A stretch of DNA of 64,000 bases from Thalassobaculaceae bacterium (GTDB lineage: Bacteria; Pseudomonadota; Alphaproteobacteria; Thalassobaculales; Thalassobaculaceae), in contig OZ245843.1 of assembly GCA_965228875.1 (NCBI GenBank), positions 1,036,616-1,100,615 of the forward strand, read 5' to 3'. Each line of letters begins with the position of its first letter. Position 1 is the stretch's first letter. Position numbers and translations under genes: made by a program. Below, piece by piece: positions 47,982-58,384 of this stretch. The notes beneath the pieces are model-generated. The model saw nothing but the letters and a program-made list of their open reading frames with translations, was not told where the DNA came from and ran no database searches.

Positions 47982-48008
47982 CCGTCTGTCCGAACGCGAA
48001 GGATCGGA

Positions 48009-49421
48009 TCAGTTCGAGTAGTACATGTCGAACTCGATCGGGTGCGGCGTGTGCTCGAACGCGTGCACCTCTTCCATCTTGAGCTCGATGTAGCCGTCGA
48101 TCTGGTCGTCGGTGAACACGCCGCCCTGGGTCAGGAACGCGCGGTCCTTGTCCAGGTTCTCGAGCGCCTCACGCAGCGAGCCGCAGACGGTCGGGATGCC
48201 CGAGAGCTCCTCGGCCGGCAGGTCGTACAGGTTCTTGTCCATCGGGTCGCCCGGATGGATCTTGTTCTGGATGCCGTCGAGGCCGGCCATGAGCATGGCC
48301 GAGAACGCCAGGTACGGGTTGCCGGCGGCGTCCGGGAAGCGGACCTCGACGCGCTTGCCCTTCGGGCTGTTCACGTGCGGGATCCGGCAGGAGGCCGAGC
48401 GGTTGCGCGACGAGTAGGCCAGCAGAACCGGCGCCTCGAAACCCGGGATCAGCCGCTTGTAGCTGTTGGTCGTCGAGTTGGCGAAGGCGTTGATTGCGCG
48501 GGCATGCTTGATGATGCCGCCGATGTAGTACAGCGCGGTGTCCGACAGGTCGGCATAGCCGGAGCCCGCGAACATCGGCTTGCCGTCCTTCCAGATCGAC
48601 TGGTGAACGTGCATGCCCGAGCCGTTGTCGCCGGCGATCGGCTTCGGCATGAACGTCGCGGTCTTGCCGTAGGCCGCGGCGACCTGCTTGACCACGTACT
48701 TGTAGATCTGCAGGTGGTCGGCGGTGGTGATCAGCGTGCCGAACTCCATGCCGAGCTCGTGCTGCGACGGCGCCACCTCGTGGTGGTGCTTCTCGACCTT
48801 CACGCCCATCTCGTCCATCACCGAGAGCATCTCGGAGCGGATGTCCTGGCCGCTGTCGACCGGCGGGACGGGGAAGTAGCCACCCTTGACGCCCGGACGG
48901 TGGGCCAGGTTGCCCTCCTCGTACTCGCGGGCCGAGTTGTACGGGCCTTCCTCGTTGTCGACCTCGTAGTAGCCCTTGTTCATGCCGACTTCGATCTTCA
49001 CGTCGTCGAACAGGAAGAACTCGGCTTCCGGGCCGAAGAAGGCGGTGTCGCCGATGCCCAGGCTGTCCATGTAGGCGACGGCGGCCTTGGCGGTCGAGCG
49101 CGGGTCGCGCTCATAGGGCTGGCCGGTCGACGGCTCGACGATGTCGCAGGTGATGGCGAGGGTCGGCTGGGCGAAGAAGGGGTCCATGACCGCGGTGCCG
49201 AGGTCCGGCTTCAGGCCCATGTCCGACTCGTTGATCGCCTTCCAGCCGGCGATCGAGGAACCGTCGAACATGAAGCCTTCGACCAGGCTCTCCTCGTCGA
49301 TCGTGCGCACGTGCTGGGTCACGTGCTGGACTGCGCCGCGCGGATCGGTGAACCGGAGGTCGACGTACTTGACGTCGTGTTCCTCGATCATCTTCAAAAC
49401 GTTCTTCACGTCGTCAGACAT
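48009..49421 (-). CDS. glnA: Glutamine synthetase type I
   Basis: [39 protein letters not shown] and adenylylation site KNLYDL. Confidence 0.98.
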   Translation of the reverse strand: MSDDVKNVLKMIEEHDVKYVDLRFTDPRGAVQHVTQHVRTIDEESLVEGFMFDGSSIAGWKAINESDMGLKPDLGTAVMDPFFAQPTLAITCDIVEPSTGQPYERDPRSTAKAAVAYMDSLGIGDTAFFGPEAEFFLFDDVKIEVGMNKGYYEVDNEEGPYNSAREYEEGNLAHRPGVKGGYFPVPPVDSGQDIRSEMLSVMDEMGVKVEKHHHEVAPSQHELGMEFGTLITTADHLQIYKYVVKQVAAAYGKTATFMPKPIAGDNGSGMHVHQSIWKDGKPMFAGSGYADLSDTALYYIGGIIKHARAINAFANSTTNSYKRLIPGFEAPVLLAYSSRNRSASCRIPHVNSPKGKRVEVRFPDAAGNPYLAFSAMLMAGLDGIQNKIHPGDPMDKNLYDLPAEELSGIPTVCGSLREALENLDKDRAFLTQGGVFTDDQIDGYIELKMEEVHAFEHTPHPIEFDMYYSN

Positions 49422-49528
49422 GGTTTCCTTCCTATTGTTGACTTGGCGCCCCGGTCATCCCGTGGGGGCCGTACTCCCTCTGCGATTGCCGGCTCGTGCT
49501 GCGCCGGCGCGTCGGACTGCCTAGTCCG

Positions 49529-49984
<456 letters not shown>

Positions 49985-50020
49985 TCAGCCCGGAAATCGT
50001 GTACCGTCTGCCGGGTATGA

Positions 50021-50078
50021 TGCACGATGTTGCGCCAGTCGCACAAAAATTAATCAGAAAACGCCCTATTTCTGGGCG
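50021..50078. promoter_or_regulatory. Putative NtrC enhancer sites
   Basis: CGCCC-TATTTCT-GGGCG dyad (50062-50078) and GCAC half-sites starting at 50022 and 50041, about 75-130 bp upstream of the sigma-54 promoter. Confidence 0.55.
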
Positions 50079-50098
50079 TCCTCCGAGGCGACCGTCGA

Positions 50099-51271
50099 TC
50101 AGTCCGACAGCATCTCCTTGATGCGCCGGATCGCCTCGCGGATGTTCTCCGTGGAGTTGGCGTAGGAGAACCGCAGATATCCCTCGCCGTAGGCGCCGAA
50201 ACTGGTGCCGGCGATCACCGCGACGCCGGCCTCCTCGAGCAGCCTGGTCTGCAGGTCCTTGGCGTTCATGCCGGTGCCCTCGATGTTCGGGAACGCATAG
50301 AAGGCGCCGCCCGGCTCGACGCAGCGGAAGCCCGGAATCTGGTTCAGATCCGAGACGATGACGCGACGGCGGTCGTCGAACGCCTTGACCATGTCCCGTA
50401 CCGCGTCCTGCGGGCCGTCCAGCGCGGCGAGACCGGCGAACTGGGTCGGCGCGTTGACGCAGCTGTGGCAGTTCACGGCAAGCTTCTCGGCATGCGCGAA
50501 CACCGTCTTCGGCCAGACCGAGAAGCCGAGGCGCCAGCCAGTCATGGCGTAGGTCTTCGACCAGCCGTCCAGCAGGATCACCCGGTCCGCAATCTCCGGA
50601 TAGGTCAGCAGGCTGACATGCTCGCGCCCGTCGTACAGCATCTGGCTGTAGATCTCGTCCGACAGGATGTAGACGTTCGGCCAGTTCTGCAGGCCGGCGA
50701 CCAGCTTGTCGATCTCGGCCTTGGGCACGGCGCCGCCGGTCGGATTGGCGGGCGTGTTCAGAATGATGAGGCGGGTCCGCTCGGTCACCTGCGACAGCAT
50801 CTCGTCGGCGGAAAAGGCGAAGCCGGTCTTCTCGGCGAGGCGGTAGGGAACCGGGGTGGCGCCGGAGAACTTCACCGAGCTTTCGTAGATCGGAAAGCCG
50901 GGGTTCGGATACAGGATCTCGGTGCCGGGCTGGCCGAACATCAGGCAGGCGAAGAACATGGTCGGCTTGCCGCCGGGCATGATCATCACGAGATCCGGAT
51001 CGACCTCGACACCGTGCCGGGTGTTCAGGTCCCGGGCAACCGCCTCGCGCAGCGCCGGGATGCCGGCGGCCGGCGTATAGCCGTGATGGCCGTCGCGCAA
51101 CGCTTTGATGCCGGCCTCGACGATATGGCCCGGGGTTTTGAAGTCGGGCTGGCCGATGCCGAGGTTGATGATGTCCTTGCCTTGGGCGGCGAGCGCATTG
51201 GCGCGGGCAAGCACTTCGAAGGCGGTCTCTGTGCCGAGAACGGACATGCGGTCGGCGAGCACGGCGGTCAT
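50099..51271 (-). CDS. PLP-dependent aminotransferase class I/II (aspartate aminotransferase-like)
   Basis: GIGQPDF, NTPANPTG, SDEIY and GWSKTYAMTGWRLG motifs. Confidence 0.93.
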   Translation of the reverse strand: MTAVLADRMSVLGTETAFEVLARANALAAQGKDIINLGIGQPDFKTPGHIVEAGIKALRDGHHGYTPAAGIPALREAVARDLNTRHGVEVDPDLVMIMPGGKPTMFFACLMFGQPGTEILYPNPGFPIYESSVKFSGATPVPYRLAEKTGFAFSADEMLSQVTERTRLIILNTPANPTGGAVPKAEIDKLVAGLQNWPNVYILSDEIYSQMLYDGREHVSLLTYPEIADRVILLDGWSKTYAMTGWRLGFSVWPKTVFAHAEKLAVNCHSCVNAPTQFAGLAALDGPQDAVRDMVKAFDDRRRVIVSDLNQIPGFRCVEPGGAFYAFPNIEGTGMNAKDLQTRLLEEAGVAVIAGTSFGAYGEGYLRFSYANSTENIREAIRRIKEMLSD

Positions 51272-51426
51272 TGGGCGGTTCCTCGGGGTCGTTGTCGTGT
51301 CACGTGCGTTCTGGCGACGCTCGGACCGGCAGTGATACGCTGCCGGCCGGAAATGCGCCAGTCGAGGAAGGCGCGGACGGTTAAATCGGCGGATGCGACC
51401 GCCTGGGGCCGAGGGGAAACGCTGGA

Positions 51427-52167
51427 ATGATCGAAGCCATCGAGGACATCGTCACGCCCGACGGGGCGATGGAGACTTTTCTCGTCCGTCCGGAGCGCGG
51501 CGGCCCGTATCCCGCCGTACTGATGCTGATGGACGCGCCGGGCATTCGCGAGGAGCTGTACGACATGGCGCGGCGGCTGGCCACGGTCGGCTATTCGGTG
51601 CTGCTGCCGAACCTGTACTACCGCGCCGGCCGGGACACCAAGTACGGCCCCGACGTGCTGGTCAAGGAAAGCCCGGACTGGACGGCGATGCGTGCGATCC
51701 GCACGAAGATGACGATCCCGCCGGTGATGTCCGACGTCGCGGCCATGCTCGACTTCATCGACGCGCGCGGTATCGCCCGACCGGGGCCGGTCGGCACCCA
51801 TGGTTACTGCATGAGCGGTCCGTACTCGCTGGCCGCGGCGGCGCGCTACCCCGATCGGGTGGCGGCAGCCGCCTCGTTCTACGGCACCTGGCTGGTCAGC
51901 GACGCCGAGGAGAGCCCGCACGCCACCCTCGGCCAGGCGAAAGGCGAACTCTACATCTCCTGCGCGGAGCATGACGACCTGGCGCCGCCGGACATGGTGG
52001 CGGAGCTGAAGCGGCTGTTCGACGCCTCCGGGGCGAGGGGAGAGCTGGAGATCCACCCCGGCACCCATCACGGCTTCGCCTTCCCGGGCCGCTGGTGTTA
52101 CGACAAACCGGCGGCGGAACGACACTGGGAGCGGCTGATCGCGCTCTACCGTCGCACGTTGGGGTAG
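51427..52167 (+). CDS. Dienelactone hydrolase family protein
   Basis: PNLYYR, GYCMSG (Cys nucleophile), HHGFAF. Confidence 0.9.
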   Translation: MIEAIEDIVTPDGAMETFLVRPERGGPYPAVLMLMDAPGIREELYDMARRLATVGYSVLLPNLYYRAGRDTKYGPDVLVKESPDWTAMRAIRTKMTIPPVMSDVAAMLDFIDARGIARPGPVGTHGYCMSGPYSLAAAARYPDRVAAAASFYGTWLVSDAEESPHATLGQAKGELYISCAEHDDLAPPDMVAELKRLFDASGARGELEIHPGTHHGFAFPGRWCYDKPAAERHWERLIALYRRTLG

Positions 52168-52268
52168 GGCCGGCCCGCCTGAGCCGGTTGATGGTCTGCC
52201 CCGAAACGAGTGCGGCGCCGCCCCGGGGCGGGGGCGACGCCGCTCGTACGACCGTCGTTAAGCAGGGA

Positions 52269-52469
52269 TCAAACGGCGGCCGGGTGGGCCCCGCCGGTGG
52301 CGGCGGACTTGGTGCCGGCAAGCATCGAGACCACCGGTTTGATGACCGATGCGACGACGCTCGCGAACGCGGCCTGGACCGCGACCGCGCGGGCGCGGCG
52401 ACCGGCGGCGATGCCGCGCGCGATGTCTTCCTCGGTGATGCTCCGCGTCTGGATCGTCTGGATGCTCAT
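52269..52469 (-). CDS. Small 66 aa protein (RSP_7527-like), divergent from a LysR
   Basis: ACAGGAGA RBS; MSIQTIQTRSITEEDIARGIAAGRRARAVAVQAAF... Confidence 0.65.
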   Translation of the reverse strand: MSIQTIQTRSITEEDIARGIAAGRRARAVAVQAAFASVVASVIKPVVSMLAGTKSAATGGAHPAAV

Positions 52470-52543
52470 GGCGTGTCTCCTGTCTGGGGCGGCGCCGCGT
52501 TCTCGCCCGCCGCTGATAGACAACTTGATCTTCGCAGCGCAGC

Positions 52544-52559
52544 ATTACAAATTCGTAAT
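52544..52559. promoter_or_regulatory. LysR box ATTAC-N6-GTAAT
   Basis: Perfect 5 bp dyad containing T-N11-A in an AT-rich divergent promoter. Confidence 0.6.
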
Positions 52560-52595
52560 TCAAAGAAGCGAATTTAGAAAAACTAATATTACTCC

Positions 52596-52630
52596 GACCC
52601 GCCCGAGGACCCCGCCCGAGGACCCCGCCC
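52596..52630. repeat. 12-13 bp tandem repeat GACCC(C)GCCCGAG, about 2.8 copies, directly before the lysR ATG
   Basis: Copies at 52596-52607, 52608-52620 and 52621-52630. Confidence 0.7.
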
Positions 52631-53524
52631 ATGATCACCCTGCGCCAGGTTCGCTACTTCCTCGCCGTGGCCGAGACGGAGAAGGTGTCCGCCGCCGCGA
52701 CCAACCTGGGCATCTCCCAGTCGGCGATCACCCTGGCGGTCAAGGAACTGGAGAACCAGCTTGGCGTCACCCTGTTCGAACGCCGGGTCGGCGGCGTCGC
52801 CCTGACCCGCGAGGGCCAGAACTTCATCGGCCACGCCCGCAACATCGAGGCCGCGGTCGCCGACGCCATCGCCGACATGCACCCCGACCGCACCGACGTG
52901 GAGGGCACGGTCAAGCTCGGCGTCACCAACGCGGGGGCGGGCTACTTCCTGATCCCGCCGCTGGCGCGGTTCCAGCGCGCCTTCCCGAACGTGCGGGTGC
53001 AGCTCCTGGAGCGCGAGCGCGAGGAACTCGAGGCCCAGGTCCTGACCGGCGCGGTCGACATCGCCCTGTTGCTCACCTCCAACCTGTCCAACGCGCCGGA
53101 CCTGGAGCACCGCCCGCTGTTCCAGAGCCCCCGCGGCGCCTGGGTGGCGACGAACCACCCGCTGGCCAGCCGCGACACGGTCAGCCGGGCCGACGTGATC
53201 GAGTACCCCTACATCCTCTACCTGATCGACGAGGCCGACCGCTCGTCGCGCGAGTACCTCGCGGCGTCGGGCCTGGAGCCGAAGGTGCAGTTCGAGACCA
53301 CGTCCCTGGAGGCGCTGCGCAGCATGGTCGCGACCGGGCTCGGGGTGACGATCCTCTCGCGCATGCTGTTCCGGCCGTGGTCGCTGGATGGCGGGCGCCT
53401 GGAATGGATCGCGATCACCGACGCCCCGCCGCCGATGGAGATCGGCCTGGTCTGGCGCAACGGCCACGAATTCACCGCCGCCGAGGCGCGGCTGGTCGAG
53501 TATCTGGAGGCGGCGGCGGGTTAG
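52631..53524 (+). CDS. LysR family transcriptional regulator
   Basis: TLRQVRYFLAVAE..SQSAIT..LENQLGVTLFER HTH; RSMVATGLGVTIL. Confidence 0.93.
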   Translation: MITLRQVRYFLAVAETEKVSAAATNLGISQSAITLAVKELENQLGVTLFERRVGGVALTREGQNFIGHARNIEAAVADAIADMHPDRTDVEGTVKLGVTNAGAGYFLIPPLARFQRAFPNVRVQLLEREREELEAQVLTGAVDIALLLTSNLSNAPDLEHRPLFQSPRGAWVATNHPLASRDTVSRADVIEYPYILYLIDEADRSSREYLAASGLEPKVQFETTSLEALRSMVATGLGVTILSRMLFRPWSLDGGRLEWIAITDAPPPMEIGLVWRNGHEFTAAEARLVEYLEAAAG

Positions 53525-53595
53525 GGGGTCGTTGCACCTCCGCACCCCCGGTGTTACACCGCGCCACTTTTTGACAGGTACCGGGGGACGGGCCC

Positions 53596-54780
53596 ATGAA
53601 GCCGGCCAACTCGCTCCTTTCCTCCTACGGCACGACCGTGTTCGAGGTGATGTCGCGGCTCGCGATCGAGCACAAGGCGATCAACCTCGGCCAGGGCTTT
53701 CCCGACGACCGCGGTCCCGATCCGGTGCTGGAGCAGGCCAGTGCCTTCCTGTTCGCCCCCCCGAACCAGTATCCGCCGATGATGGGCGTGCCGGAACTGC
53801 GCCAGGCGGTCGCCGCCCACAACCGGCGGTTCTACGGCCTCGACATCGACTGGCAGCGCGAGGTCATGGTCTCGACCGGCGCCACCGAGGGGCTGGCGGC
53901 GACGTTCCTGGCGCTGATCGAGCCGGGCGACGAGGTGGTGGTTATCGAGCCGCTCTACGACTGTTACCTGCCGATGATCCGGCGCGCCGGCGGCATCCCG
54001 CGGCCGGTTCGCCTCACCCCGCCCGAGTGGCGCCTGAACCTGGATGAACTCGAGGCGGCGTTCAGCGAGCGTACCAAGCTGATCGTGGTCAACGACCCGC
54101 AGAACCCGGCCTCCAAGGTCTACTGCCGCGAGGAACTGACGGCGATCGCCGAGCTCTGCCAGAAGTACGACGCCTACGCGGTCTGCGACGAGGCCTACGA
54201 GCACCTCGCGTTCGACGGGCGCGCGCACATCTCGCTGATGACCCTGCCGGGCATGCGCGAGCGGTGCGTGCGGATCGGCTCGGCGGGCAAGACGTTCTCG
54301 CTCACCGGATGGAAGGTCGGCTACCTGACCGCGCCGGAGACCCTGCTTGGACCGATTTCCAAGGCGCATCAGTTCCTAGTCTTCACCACGGCGCCGAACC
54401 TGCAGCGCGCGGTCGCCTTCGGGCTCGGCCAGGACGATGCGTACTTCGCCGGCCTACGCGACGACATGCAGCGCCGTCGCGACCGGCTGACCGACGGACT
54501 GACCGCCATCGGCCTCGCGCCGGTGACCTGTCAGGGCACCTATTTCCTGTTCGTCGACGTCGCCGCGCACCTGTACGACGCCGAGACGGACGAGGGATTC
54601 TGCCGCCGTCTGGTGACCGATGCCGGGGTCGCGGCGGTGCCGGTATCGGCGTTCTATCTCGATCCGCAGAGCGCGCCGCGCAACTACATCCGGTTCTGCT
54701 TCGCCAAGCAGGATCCGGTGCTGGACGGCGCGGTCGAGCGTCTGGATTCCTATCTTCGAAGCGTCGGCCTCGGCATTTAG
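53596..54780 (+). CDS. PLP aminotransferase class I/II (YbdL/kynurenine aminotransferase-like)
   Basis: AINLGQGFPD, NQYPPM, GATE, SAGKTFSLTGWKVG and RFCFAK motifs. Confidence 0.92.
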   Translation: MKPANSLLSSYGTTVFEVMSRLAIEHKAINLGQGFPDDRGPDPVLEQASAFLFAPPNQYPPMMGVPELRQAVAAHNRRFYGLDIDWQREVMVSTGATEGLAATFLALIEPGDEVVVIEPLYDCYLPMIRRAGGIPRPVRLTPPEWRLNLDELEAAFSERTKLIVVNDPQNPASKVYCREELTAIAELCQKYDAYAVCDEAYEHLAFDGRAHISLMTLPGMRERCVRIGSAGKTFSLTGWKVGYLTAPETLLGPISKAHQFLVFTTAPNLQRAVAFGLGQDDAYFAGLRDDMQRRRDRLTDGLTAIGLAPVTCQGTYFLFVDVAAHLYDAETDEGFCRRLVTDAGVAAVPVSAFYLDPQSAPRNYIRFCFAKQDPVLDGAVERLDSYLRSVGLGI

Positions 54781-54781
54781 G

Positions 54782-54810
54782 TTGACGTCAGGCCGGTGCT
54801 GGGATAGCAA
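54782..54810 (+). promoter_or_regulatory. Putative sigma-70 promoter for tRNA-His
   Basis: TTGACG, 17 nt spacer, TAGCAA, followed by a GC-rich discriminator. Confidence 0.55.
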
Positions 54811-54845
54811 CGGCGTCCGCCGAGCCGAGAGGTTCGGCGCCCGGT

Positions 54846-54923
<78 letters not shown>

Positions 54924-54941
54924 ATACCCTAAGGTGACGGC

Positions 54942-56414
54942 ATGATCATGCCGTCCGATACGGGCACGCGCGACGCGCTGCTCTCCTGCGTGCAGATGAG
55001 CGCGTGCGACCGCCTCACGATCGAGCGCGGGACCCCCGGTTTCACCCTGATGCTGCGGGCCGGCCACGGCGCCGCCCGTCATATTCGCCGCGCGTTCCGT
55101 CCGGGACGGGTGCTCGTCGCCTGCGGACCCGGCAACAACGGCGGCGACGGATTCGTGATCGCCGACGACCTGCGCGCCCATGGCTGGGACGTCACCGTCA
55201 CGTTGCTTGGACCGGTCGCCGCGCTGAAGGGAGACGCCGGCGAGGCGGCGGCGCTGTGGAACGGGCCGGTCACCCCAATTTCCGCCTCGCTGGTCGACGG
55301 CGCCGATGTCCTTGTCGACGCCCTGTTCGGCGCCGGGTTGAGCCATGCCGTCCAGGGGGAGGCGGCGGCGCTCCTGGCCCGCGCGGCCGGCAGGGCGGCC
55401 AGCGGCCGGCTCCGCGTGGCGGCCGTCGACGTCCCGAGCGGCGTGCACGGCGACACCGGCCAGGTGCTCGGCATCGCCTGTCCGGCCGATCTGACCCTCA
55501 CGTTTCACCGACGCAAACCGGGTCACGTCCTGCAGCCGGGCCGGGCGCTGTGCGGCGGCGTGCGCGTGATCGACATCGGTATCGACCCGGCGGCGGACGC
55601 GGTTCCGCCCGTCGCTCGGATCATCGGCCCGGAACTATGGGCCGGCCGGCTGCATCCGCCGGGCCCGGAGGATCACAAGTACACCCGCGGCCATGTGCTG
55701 GTGCTGGCCGGTGCCATGCCGGGAGCGGCACGGCTGGCGGCCCGGGCGGCGCGGCGGATGGGCGCCGGCCTGGTGACGGTCTGTGCCCCCGAAGCGGCGG
55801 TCGCGGCGATCTCCACCGACGCTCCCGGCCTCATCGTTCAGCCGCTGCCGGACGATGTCGCCGGGTTCGTCGCGGCCCGAAAGGTGGCGGCGGTCGCGGT
55901 CGGACCGGGCCTGGGCCAGGGGGCCGGGGCGGAGCGGCTGATCGCGGGCGCGCTGGAGAGCGGCGTGGCGACGGTGCTGGACGCCGATGCGTTCTCGATC
56001 TTCGCCGGTCGCGCCCTTCCGTCGGGCGGCCCGGCGGTTCTCACCCCCCACGGCGGCGAATTCGCCCGGTTCTTTCCCCGGATCGATCCGCGAGCGGTCG
56101 GACGCGTGGCTGCGGTGTCCGAGGCGGCGGCAGCCTGCGGTCACACCGTCCTGCTCAAGGGGCCGGACACGACGATCGCTGCGCCGGACGGCGCCTGCGC
56201 CATTCTCGACGATGCGCCGGCGACCCTGGCGACGGGCGGGACGGGGGACGTGCTGGCCGGCGCCATCGCGGCGCTGCTCGCCCGTGGCCTGATGCCCTTC
56301 GAGGCGGCGGCGGCGGGCGCTTGGTATCACGCCACCGCGGCCCACGGGCTGGGCGGCGGTGCCCTGTTGGCGGAGGACCTGGCCGATACGTTGGCCGACG
56401 TCGCCGGAGGCTGA
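54942..56414 (+). CDS. nnr: Bifunctional NAD(P)H-hydrate epimerase/dehydratase
   Basis: CGPGNNGGDG, VDALFGAG, VDVPSG, HKYTRG, TPHGGEF and ATGGTGDVLAG motifs. Confidence 0.93.
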   Translation: MIMPSDTGTRDALLSCVQMSACDRLTIERGTPGFTLMLRAGHGAARHIRRAFRPGRVLVACGPGNNGGDGFVIADDLRAHGWDVTVTLLGPVAALKGDAGEAAALWNGPVTPISASLVDGADVLVDALFGAGLSHAVQGEAAALLARAAGRAASGRLRVAAVDVPSGVHGDTGQVLGIACPADLTLTFHRRKPGHVLQPGRALCGGVRVIDIGIDPAADAVPPVARIIGPELWAGRLHPPGPEDHKYTRGHVLVLAGAMPGAARLAARAARRMGAGLVTVCAPEAAVAAISTDAPGLIVQPLPDDVAGFVAARKVAAVAVGPGLGQGAGAERLIAGALESGVATVLDADAFSIFAGRALPSGGPAVLTPHGGEFARFFPRIDPRAVGRVAAVSEAAAACGHTVLLKGPDTTIAAPDGACAILDDAPATLATGGTGDVLAGAIAALLARGLMPFEAAAAGAWYHATAAHGLGGGALLAEDLADTLADVAGG

Positions 56415-56444
56415 ACGCAAAGATCGATCAGGCGGGCCGCGCGG

Positions 56445-56984
56445 TCACCTCCGCCCGGTCTCGGAGGCGAGGGTGGCCAGGATCCGGTCCACGCAATCGT
56501 CGGGCGGTCGGGTCACGTCGACCGCAATGGCCTTCTCGTCGTCGGCCGGCGGCTCCAGCGCGGCAAGCTGCGAGGTCAGCAGGCTCGGCGGCATGTAGTG
56601 GTCGGTGCGCTGTTCCATGCGGGCGCGTATCACCCGCTCATCGCCCTCGAGGCGGACCAGCCGGACGTCGGGGCGGTCGCCGATCAGGATGTCGCGATAG
56701 GTTCGTTTCAGGGCGGAGCAGGCGACGACCATGCCGGTGCCGGCCGCCCGCCAGCGGTCGATGTCGGCGGCAATGGCTGCGAGCCACGGCGCGCGGTCGC
56801 TGTCATCCAGCGGAGTACCGCCCCGCATCTTCTCGACATTCTCCGGCGGATGGTAGCGGTCCCCCTCGGCATAGCCCCAGCCGAGCCGCTCGGCGAGCCG
56901 GGTGCCGATGGTCGTCTTGCCGACCCCTGACACCCCCATGATGACGATGACGATTGCGGCGGTGGGGGCGGACCCGGCGCTCAT
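56445..56984 (-). CDS. gntK: Gluconokinase
   Basis: MGVSGVGKTT, EGDRYHP..NVEKM, ACSALKRTYR and HYMP.SLL.SQ motifs. Confidence 0.92.
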   Translation of the reverse strand: MSAGSAPTAAIVIVIMGVSGVGKTTIGTRLAERLGWGYAEGDRYHPPENVEKMRGGTPLDDSDRAPWLAAIAADIDRWRAAGTGMVVACSALKRTYRDILIGDRPDVRLVRLEGDERVIRARMEQRTDHYMPPSLLTSQLAALEPPADDEKAIAVDVTRPPDDCVDRILATLASETGRR

Positions 56985-58384
56985 GTCCCGCTCCAGTCGG
57001 CGTGGTGGCTGCCGGGGGCGTCGATCCGCTCGAAGGTATGGGCGCCGAACCGGTCGCGCAGGCCCTGCAGGAAGTCGGCGGGTACCCGCGACCGGGTCAT
57101 GCCGTCGTGCCAGGAGAGGGCCGAGGTCAGGGCCGGAACCGCATAACCGGCCGCGATGGCGGCGGCGGCGGTCCGGCGCAGGCCGGGGAGCAGCGTGTCC
57201 AGTTCCGCGCGCAGCTCGGCCGCCGCCAGGGGATGGGCACCCTGCGGCAGGGTCCAGAAGGCGGCCGCCAGTCGGTCGAGCAGCGGCGCGCGCAGGATGC
57301 AGCCGGCCCGCCAGACGCGGGCGACCGCCACCGGATCGACCTCCCAGCCGTCGCGGTCGTCGGCGGCGGCGATCAGCGCGAATCCCTGCAGAAAGGCGAG
57401 CAGTGTGGCGGCCCGGACTGCCGCCTCGAGATCGCCGTCGGCAAGCTCGACAGGCCCCGGCGGCGCGGCGGCCAGCGCCTGTCGGTCGTCGCGGGCGGCG
57501 GAGACGGCGCGGGCGAAGACGGCTTCGGCGATCGACGGGGCGGCAACGCCGAGGTCGAGCGCGGCGAGCGAGGCCCAGCGTCCGGTGCCTTTCTGCGCCG
57601 CCCGGTCGACCACCTTGTCCAGGAGCGGCCCGCCGTCGGCATCGCGGGTGCGCACCACGTCGGCGGCGATCTCGACGAGGTAGCCGCCGCCGGGGCCGCG
57701 GTTCCAGTCGGCGAAGATCTGTCCGATGGCGCCGATATCCATGCTCCGGCCGTTGCGCATCAGGTCGTAGGCCTCGGCCAGAGCCTGCATCACCGCATAC
57801 TCGATCCCGTTGTGCACGGTCTTCACGAAATGCCCGGCCGCGCCGCCGCCGAGCCGGTCGCAACAGGGCGTGCCGTCGCCCGCGCGGGCCGCGACAGCCC
57901 GCAGCGTCGGAGCGACCCGCTCCCAGGCCTTCGGGTCGCCGCCGGCCATGAGAGCGGGTCCGTGGCGCGCGCCCTCCTCGCCGCCGGACACACCGAGGCC
58001 GATCAGGTGGATACCCTGCGCCGCCAGATCCGCCTGGCGCCGCGCGGTGTCGGCGGCATCGGTGTTGCCGCCGTCGATGATGACGTCGCCGGCCGACAGG
58101 TGCGGCCGCAGTCCGTCGATGACCGCGTCGACCGCCGCGCCGGCCGTCACCATCAGCAGCACCGCGCGCGGAGGCGTCAGCGTCCGCGCCAGGTCGCCGG
58201 CATCCGTCGCCCAGGCGGTGTCGGCCGGCAGCGCCTCGCGGGCGCGGGCGGCGAGATCCGCGTCACGCTCCCAGGCGACCAGGGGCACGCCATGGTCGGC
58301 CAGATTGAGCGCCAGATTGCGGCCCATCGTGCCGAGGCCGATGATCCCCAGAGGGGGGTGGTCGGTGGTCATGATCGTCGTCAT
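56981..58384 (-). CDS. gnd: 6-phosphogluconate dehydrogenase (decarboxylating, long type)
   Basis: GLGTMG, IDGGN, GVSGGEEGA, GHFVKTVHNGIEY, QKGTG and RDRFGAH motifs. Confidence 0.92.
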   Translation of the reverse strand: MTTIMTTDHPPLGIIGLGTMGRNLALNLADHGVPLVAWERDADLAARAREALPADTAWATDAGDLARTLTPPRAVLLMVTAGAAVDAVIDGLRPHLSAGDVIIDGGNTDAADTARRQADLAAQGIHLIGLGVSGGEEGARHGPALMAGGDPKAWERVAPTLRAVAARAGDGTPCCDRLGGGAAGHFVKTVHNGIEYAVMQALAEAYDLMRNGRSMDIGAIGQIFADWNRGPGGGYLVEIAADVVRTRDADGGPLLDKVVDRAAQKGTGRWASLAALDLGVAAPSIAEAVFARAVSAARDDRQALAAAPPGPVELADGDLEAAVRAATLLAFLQGFALIAAADDRDGWEVDPVAVARVWRAGCILRAPLLDRLAAAFWTLPQGAHPLAAAELRAELDTLLPGLRRTAAAAIAAGYAVPALTSALSWHDGMTRSRVPADFLQGLRDRFGAHTFERIDAPGSHHADWSGT

